Positions 58,933 to 64,000 of a stretch of DNA of 64,000 bases are shown in pieces. The stretch is from contig JAYQNW010000014.1 in assembly GCA_038144485.1 (NCBI GenBank), forward strand, positions 523,530-587,529, written 5' to 3'. The notes under the pieces are model-generated. The model worked only from the letters and a program-made list of their open reading frames with translations, did not search any database and was not told where the DNA came from. This DNA comes from Paracoccaceae bacterium. Its GTDB lineage: Bacteria > Pseudomonadota > Alphaproteobacteria > Rhodobacterales > Rhodobacteraceae. The position numbers and the translations under genes are program-made. Position 1 is the stretch's first letter. Every line of letters starts with the position of its first letter.

Positions 58933-60194
58933 GCATTCAGCACCACACATTGCCCAATGGGTTTCAAATCGTAACCGAGCATATGCCAGGGCTTGAATCC
59001 GTGGCACTTGGGGTTTGGGTGATGGCCGGTGGGCGAAACGAAACACAATCTCAAACGGGAATTGCGCATTTTCTAGAACATATGGCATTCAAAGGCACTC
59101 GCACACGCAGCGCTGTGAATATTGCCGAAGCGATTGAGGATGTGGGCGGATATATCAACGCCTATACCTCGCGCGAGGCGACCGCCTATTACCTGCGTCT
59201 GCTGCGCCAAGATGTGCGTTTGGGCGTTGATATTCTGGCCGATATTTTGCGCAACTCTGTCTATGACCCACGCGAGGTCGAGGTTGAGCGCGGCGTGATC
59301 CTTCAAGAAATTGGTCAAACATTGGATACCCCTGATGATATCATTTTTGATTGGCTTCAGGAAACCGCCTATCCCCAACAATCTTTGGGTCGATCAATCC
59401 TTGGACCATCTGATAATGTCGCGCGTTTTGATCGTGATGATTTGATCCAATTTGTGTCGTCACATTACTCACCCGATCGCATGGTTTTTGCTGCTGCTGG
59501 TGGCATTGATCACGAGGAACTCTACCAATTGCTGTCCGATGCATTCGGTGATTTGCCGATCATTCCTGCACATAACACCGAAGGCGATGCACAATTCCAC
59601 AGCGGTGAATTGCGCCGTGAAAAGGACTTAGAGCAGGCGCATTTCACACTTGCGCTTGAAGGTCCCAGTTATCGTGATGACGATATTTATACGGCACAGA
59701 TTTATTCAATCGCGCTTGGGGGCGGGATGTCATCGCGCCTATTCCAAGAGGTGCGTGAAAAACGCGGACTGTGTTATACGATCTTTGCCCAAGCGGGCGC
59801 CTATAGCGACACAGGCATGACCACGATTTACGCAGGTACATCGGATGCACAAATCGGGGAATTGGCCAACATCACAATTGATGAGCTTAAGCGCGCGGCA
59901 GACACGCTAAGCCAAGTAGAGCTGGACCGTGCACGTGCGCAGATGAAAGCAGGTCTTTTGATGGGACTAGAAAGCGCCTCAAACCGCGCAGAACGTTTGG
60001 CCCGTATGGTCCAGATTTGGGGTAAGGTTCCAAACCTAGAGGAAACAGTCGCCCGCATCGACGCTGTGGATTTGGACAAACTGCGCACCTATGCGCAATC
60101 GGTTGCAAGCAGTGCCAAGATGGCAACCGCCCTTTATGGTCCAATCGCAGCTGCGCCTGATTTATCAGCACTTGAGGCGCGACGAGCAGCATAA
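58929..60194 (+). CDS. M16-family (pitrilysin-like) zinc peptidase
   Basis: 421 aa with the inverted zinc motif HFLEHMAFKGT. TTG start overlapping the thrC stop. Confidence 0.85.
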   Translation: MSIQHHTLPNGFQIVTEHMPGLESVALGVWVMAGGRNETQSQTGIAHFLEHMAFKGTRTRSAVNIAEAIEDVGGYINAYTSREATAYYLRLLRQDVRLGVDILADILRNSVYDPREVEVERGVILQEIGQTLDTPDDIIFDWLQETAYPQQSLGRSILGPSDNVARFDRDDLIQFVSSHYSPDRMVFAAAGGIDHEELYQLLSDAFGDLPIIPAHNTEGDAQFHSGELRREKDLEQAHFTLALEGPSYRDDDIYTAQIYSIALGGGMSSRLFQEVREKRGLCYTIFAQAGAYSDTGMTTIYAGTSDAQIGELANITIDELKRAADTLSQVELDRARAQMKAGLLMGLESASNRAERLARMVQIWGKVPNLEETVARIDAVDLDKLRTYAQSVASSAKMATALYGPIAAAPDLSALEARRAA

Positions 60195-60784
60195 TGTTTT
60201 TCTTTAAGCGCAAAGTATGGATCGACACCGAACGTTTATACCTGCGCGCGCCTGTTCAAACCGACTATCGTGAATGGTCTGAACTCCGCTATGCCTCGAA
60301 GGAATTTTTGACCCCTTGGGAACCTACATGGTCGCCTGATCATTTGTCGCGTAAAGCGTTTTCAAATCGGGTCTATTGGTCACAGAAAAATATCAATGGC
60401 GGCACGGCCATTCCGCTGTTCATGTTCCGCCGTGAAGATGACAAATTGGTGGGGGCGATCACATTAGACAATATCCGCCACGGCCCCGCGCAAACGGGGA
60501 CGATGGGATATTGGATTGGCCACCCCTATGCGCGCCATGGATACATGACAGAAGCCCTGCGCGCGATGGTCCACTATGCCTTTAGCACAATGGACCTAAG
60601 CCGTATTGAAAGCGCCTGTTTGCCCGAAAACGTTGCATCGCGCGGTGTTTTGGAAAAATGTGGCTATAAATACGAAGGTGTTGCACAGGCCTATATCCAA
60701 ATTAATGGCCGTTGGCGTACCCACGTCCTATATGCTGCCTTACGTGCGGATCGGCGTGGGCGGACAACAGTGGGCATGGCATGA
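60194..60784 (+). CDS. GNAT-family N-acetyltransferase (RimJ/RimL-like)
   Basis: 196 aa with the acetyl-CoA site motif YWIGHPYARHGYMTEAL. Confidence 0.75.
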   Translation: MFFFKRKVWIDTERLYLRAPVQTDYREWSELRYASKEFLTPWEPTWSPDHLSRKAFSNRVYWSQKNINGGTAIPLFMFRREDDKLVGAITLDNIRHGPAQTGTMGYWIGHPYARHGYMTEALRAMVHYAFSTMDLSRIESACLPENVASRGVLEKCGYKYEGVAQAYIQINGRWRTHVLYAALRADRRGRTTVGMA

Positions 60785-62199
60785 ATACCTATTTACCAGC
60801 GGATCAAAACTTCTACGCAATTGCGTCAGATGCAGGATTGGCGCATCTGCTTTTCCCAGTGGAACCCGGCTATGTCGAAGAGCCCCGTGGCCGCTGGAAG
60901 GGCCAAGCAGAATATGTCGCGCGTCCCAAATCGACTGAGGATGTCAGCGCCCTTGTCAAACTGTGCCACACCCACCGCGTGGCGATAATTCCCTATGGCG
61001 GTGGCACGGGATTGGTGGGCGGACAGCTTGCTGAAACAGGGGCGGTTCCCCTGATCTTATCCCTTGAAAAGATGACGAAAATTCGCGCCGTTTATCCCGA
61101 AGAAAACGTGATGATCGTAGATGCAGGCGCCATTTTGGCCGATATTCAACAGACGGCCGAAGATGTGGATCGCCTGTTTCCGCTGTCGCTGGCCTCGGGC
61201 GGCAGCGCACGTATTGGCGGGTGTCTTGCCACGAACGCAGGGGGCGTGAATGTCCTGCGCTATGGCAACACGCGGGATCTGTGTTTGGGCCTAGAGGTCG
61301 TCATGGCCGACGGCGCAATTTGGAACGGGTTGGGACGTCTGCGCAAGGATAATACAGGCTATGATCTGCGCCATCTGATAATCGGGTCCGAAGGGACATT
61401 GGGCATCATCACAGGTGCATCTCTAAAGCTTGCGCCGCGCCCGCGGGATGTGGGTGTGGCCCTGTTCACCGTACCTGATCCAAGTGCTGCCCTGTCCCTT
61501 TTGGCGATGACACGCGATGAGGTGGGCGAGGCTGTGTCCGCCTTTGAATTGATGTCGAAAATGGGGTTCGATTTCCTGTCCGAAACCATGCCAGATGTGC
61601 GCCAAGTGGTTGAAGATAAACCAGAATGGATGGTTTTGATCGAACTGGGTATGGGTGGTGCACAATCCGCATCAAACGCGCTTGAACGCCTGTTTGAATT
61701 GGGACATGAGGCAGGGTTAGTCAGTGATGGGGTCATCGCACAATCCACGCAACAGGCGCAGGATATATGGACGATCCGCGAAACCATTCCAGAGGCAAAC
61801 CGACGCATCGGATCAATCAGCAGTCATGATATTTCACTGCCCCTTTCGATGATCCCAGAGTTCATAAAGGTGGCCCCAAACCATTTGGAAAAACTGTGCG
61901 ATATGCGCATCAATTGTTTTGGTCATTTGGGGGATGGGAACCTGCATTATAACGTCTTTCCGCCCAAAGGACGGGATAAGAAAGAGTTCTGGAACCTGCG
62001 GGATGAGATTAAGCGCACAGTGCATGATTTGGTCGTCTCGATGGGTGGATCGCATAGTGCGGAACATGGGATTGGGCGCCTAAAGGTGGATGATTTGGAA
62101 CGTTATAGCGATTCTGCGAAACTGTCGGCGCTTCACGCGATTAAGGGCGCGCTTGATCCCCAAAATATCCTAAATCCTGGGTCTGTATTGCGTCGGTAA
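60781..62199 (+). CDS. FAD-linked oxidase (GlcD/D-2-hydroxyacid dehydrogenase-like)
   Basis: The ATG at 60781 makes an ATGA overlap with the GNAT gene. Contains PYGGGTGLVGG, GSEGTLGIIT and the C-terminal AEHGIGRLK. Confidence 0.85.
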   Translation: MNTYLPADQNFYAIASDAGLAHLLFPVEPGYVEEPRGRWKGQAEYVARPKSTEDVSALVKLCHTHRVAIIPYGGGTGLVGGQLAETGAVPLILSLEKMTKIRAVYPEENVMIVDAGAILADIQQTAEDVDRLFPLSLASGGSARIGGCLATNAGGVNVLRYGNTRDLCLGLEVVMADGAIWNGLGRLRKDNTGYDLRHLIIGSEGTLGIITGASLKLAPRPRDVGVALFTVPDPSAALSLLAMTRDEVGEAVSAFELMSKMGFDFLSETMPDVRQVVEDKPEWMVLIELGMGGAQSASNALERLFELGHEAGLVSDGVIAQSTQQAQDIWTIRETIPEANRRIGSISSHDISLPLSMIPEFIKVAPNHLEKLCDMRINCFGHLGDGNLHYNVFPPKGRDKKEFWNLRDEIKRTVHDLVVSMGGSHSAEHGIGRLKVDDLERYSDSAKLSALHAIKGALDPQNILNPGSVLRR

Positions 62200-62220
62200 T
62201 ACGTCGGTAACGCGTCGGTG
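62191..62220 (+). repeat. Three tandem copies of an 11-nt unit starting in the last codons of the FAD-oxidase gene
   Basis: cgtcggtaata / cgtcggtaacg / cgtcggtgcgc. The first copy contains the real stop codon (62197-62199). Confidence 0.8.
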
Positions 62221-62341
62221 CGCGAAGCGCGATGGGATATGGATGTGTTAGGGATGCTTGGAGTAGGGTAGTTGTCCCCGTCCGGCTATTATCGAGTCGC
62301 CCGCACCATGAAACTTGTGAATGATCATGGGCTTTTTGCAA

Positions 62342-62410
62342 GCCGACCTCGGGAGGTGCGAAAGCGCCTCCCTGGGGGGAGGTCGGCCCTTTGCCAATCT
62401 GGGGATTGGC
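62342..62410. other. Strongly structured intergenic element (candidate sRNA or REP-like element)
   Basis: The outer stem GCCGACCTC/GAGGTCGGC encloses GGGAGGTGC-GAAA-GCGCCTCCC, a 9-bp stem with a GNRA loop. A second hairpin follows: GCCAATC-tggg-GATTGGC. Confidence 0.3.
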
Positions 62411-62501
62411 TTGGAATAAAGTATGTTTTGGGCTTCGGTGCCTCGGCCCTGTTCACCGCCCACGGGCGTGTGCTTGATCTTTGGTGTGAAACCTCGCACC
62501 T

Positions 62502-62885
62502 CTATTCATGCACTGAATTCACCAATCCCTTGGCCTTACGCCGCAGGTGGCGTTCATAGATGATGCGGGCGACAATGTGTTCGTATCCCCAATCCAAAAT
62601 CTGATACAGCCCAGGAATGCGGGCAATGCGCGCCATAAAACGATAGCGGGGCATTTGATCCCATAGGACCAAAAACGCCGCAAGCCCGACATGGATTTTG
62701 CCATCATGCATCACATGCAAAAGGCGCGTTGCGCGATCTTCATCAACGCCCCATTCCGACAAATCCGTTTTGTTCAAATCCACAATTTCAATGGGTAGAT
62801 CCCGCGCCTTGGCATAAGCATCGTAATGGCACATTTCGGAATTGCAGACGGGACAATCAGCGTTATAGAGGGCGCGTGTTTTCAT
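62502..62885 (-). CDS. DCC-family thiol-disulfide oxidoreductase (DUF393)
   Basis: The ATG at 62885 gives MKTRALYNADCPVCNSEMCHY, which carries the DCxxC motif. Confidence 0.75.
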   Translation of the reverse strand: MKTRALYNADCPVCNSEMCHYDAYAKARDLPIEIVDLNKTDLSEWGVDEDRATRLLHVMHDGKIHVGLAAFLVLWDQMPRYRFMARIARIPGLYQILDWGYEHIVARIIYERHLRRKAKGLVNSVHE

Positions 62886-62966
62886 GGCGGTTTCTCCTAT
62901 CACACTGCATACTTAATAGGTTGGGCCAAAATGTCATTGGAACTTACGCAAATGTCGCAGTTGGGT

Positions 62967-64000
62967 TTATGGCCTAGGCGCCAAACGTCCCCACAGGTCA
63001 TATTCGCCTGCTTCATCCACCTCAACCGTGACAATATCGCCGACATTCAAATCCTGATGTCCTTCGTCAATGAACAGGTTGCCATCAATTTCAGGGGCAT
63101 CTGCCATTGTGCGGCAGGTGGCGGCGTCTTGGTCCACCTCATCCACAATCACATCCAGTGTGCGGCCAACCTTGGCTTGCAGCTTGGCTTCTGAAATCGC
63201 TTGGGCCTTGGTCATGAAGCGTTCCCAGCGCTCTTGTTTCACTTCATCTGGCACGTGATCGGGCAAATCGTTTGATCGCGCGCCATCAACATTTTCATAC
63301 TGAAAACACCCGACGCGATCCAACTGTGCCTCATCCAACCAATCAAGTAGCGTTTCAAATTCTGCCTCGGTTTCGCCGGGATAGCCCACGATAAAGGTCG
63401 AACGTAATGTGATTTCGGGGCAGGCCGACCGCCATGCTGCGATTTCATCCAATGTTTTGGCGGCTGCTGCGGGGCGGGCCATACGGCGCAACGTATCGGG
63501 GTGGGCATGTTGGAACGGAATATCCAAATAGGGCAGGATGATCCCATCGGCCATCAACGGGATCAGATCGCGCACATGTGGATAGGGATAAACATAGTGC
63601 AGCCGAATCCATGCCCCTAATGATCCCAAATCACGGGCCAAATCGGTGATATGCGCGCGGTGATCGCGGTCCGTGGCATATTTGATTTCCACGCCATAGG
63701 CAGATGTATCCTGCGAAATCACCAGCAATTCACGCACACCATTTTCAACCAACTTTTCCGCCTCGCGTATGATCGCGTGGGCAGGGCGGCTTTGTAATTT
63801 GCCGCGCATATCGGGGATGATGCAGAATTTACATTTGTGATTACAGCCTTCTGAGATTTTCAAATAGCTGTAATGGCGCGGGGTTAATTTCACACCACTT
63901 GCGGGTAGCAAATCAACAAAGGGATCTGGATTTGGCGGCACCGCGGCATGGACCGCATCCAACACCTGTTCATATTGATGGGGGCCTGTGACGGCCAAAA
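62967..64000 (-). CDS. rimO: Ribosomal protein S12 methylthiotransferase RimO; N-terminal part lies outside the window
   Basis: Contains [18 protein letters not shown] (radical-SAM CxxxCxxC) and a C-terminal TRAM domain. The frame is open to the window edge. Confidence 0.9.
   Translation of the reverse strand, partial: LAVTGPHQYEQVLDAVHAAVPPNPDPFVDLLPASGVKLTPRHYSYLKISEGCNHKCKFCIIPDMRGKLQSRPAHAIIREAEKLVENGVRELLVISQDTSAYGVEIKYATDRDHRAHITDLARDLGSLGAWIRLHYVYPYPHVRDLIPLMADGIILPYLDIPFQHAHPDTLRRMARPAAAAKTLDEIAAWRSACPEITLRSTFIVGYPGETEAEFETLLDWLDEAQLDRVGCFQYENVDGARSNDLPDHVPDEVKQERWERFMTKAQAISEAKLQAKVGRTLDVIVDEVDQDAATCRTMADAPEIDGNLFIDEGHQDLNVGDIVTVEVDEAGEYDLWGRLAPRP

Noticed and set aside
62248-62559. 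83-aa (minus) and 95-aa (plus) ORFs in the 62.2-62.5 kb intergenic region.
   Set aside because: The two overlap each other, have Arg/Gly/Pro-rich composition and no start context. The region is better explained by RNA-type secondary structure.
1-64000. Search by eye for tRNA/rRNA genes, CRISPR arrays, IS elements, integrases, toxin-antitoxin pairs or known defence-system genes.
   Set aside because: I found no T-loop-type GGTTCGA(A/T)TCC context with acceptor stems, no spaced direct repeats, and no transposase, integrase, nuclease or defence-like ORFs in any frame. The absence is by inspection only, not by a scan.

Overview
This 64-kb chromosomal window most likely comes from a marine Rhodobacterales-type alphaproteobacterium. 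That is inferred from gene content and synteny only: rpsM-rpsK-rpoA-rplQ, crcB-rluC-HAD-ATP12, aapJQMP (bztABCD), tlpA/argH-lysA-TIGR02302, ftsEX-plsC, fhs-folD, scoAB-topA-dprA-tldD, and ctaC-ctaB-ctaG-ctaE-surf1-thrC. I support about 63 protein-coding genes, three of them small ORFs below the 60-aa cutoff of the ORF track and found by hand. I recognised no rRNA, tRNA, CRISPR array, transposase or integrase. Most of the window is housekeeping. Two visibly AT-rich insertions stand out. The first is a block of about 13 kb (14.05-27.3 kb) with 12 genes for an LPS inner-core/lipid-A-like glycolipid. It holds three glycosyltransferases, a NeuC/GNE-type epimerase, two tandem GT30 Kdo-transferase paralogues, a lone LptF/G-family permease, an LpxL-type acyltransferase, an SDR/CMP-sugar synthetase/Gfo-Idh-MocA operon and an MsbA-like exporter. 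It has no NeuB-type synthase. The second is a single-gene insertion (45.16-46.28 kb) encoding a short, divergent, orphan CpaC-like secretin. Reading across frames also shows four single-nucleotide indel signatures in conserved genes: aapQ, scoA, dprA and possibly the ctaG start. Two of the four sit in homopolymer runs. These are either assembly errors or real gene decay. Other observations are an RTX-protein pair with an in-frame TGA after a hydrophobic leader, a strongly structured 300-nt convergent intergenic region (62.2-62.5 kb) with a triplicated gene terminus, and several hairpin terminators/attenuators. Product calls rest on my recognition of family motifs in the translations; no database search was run.
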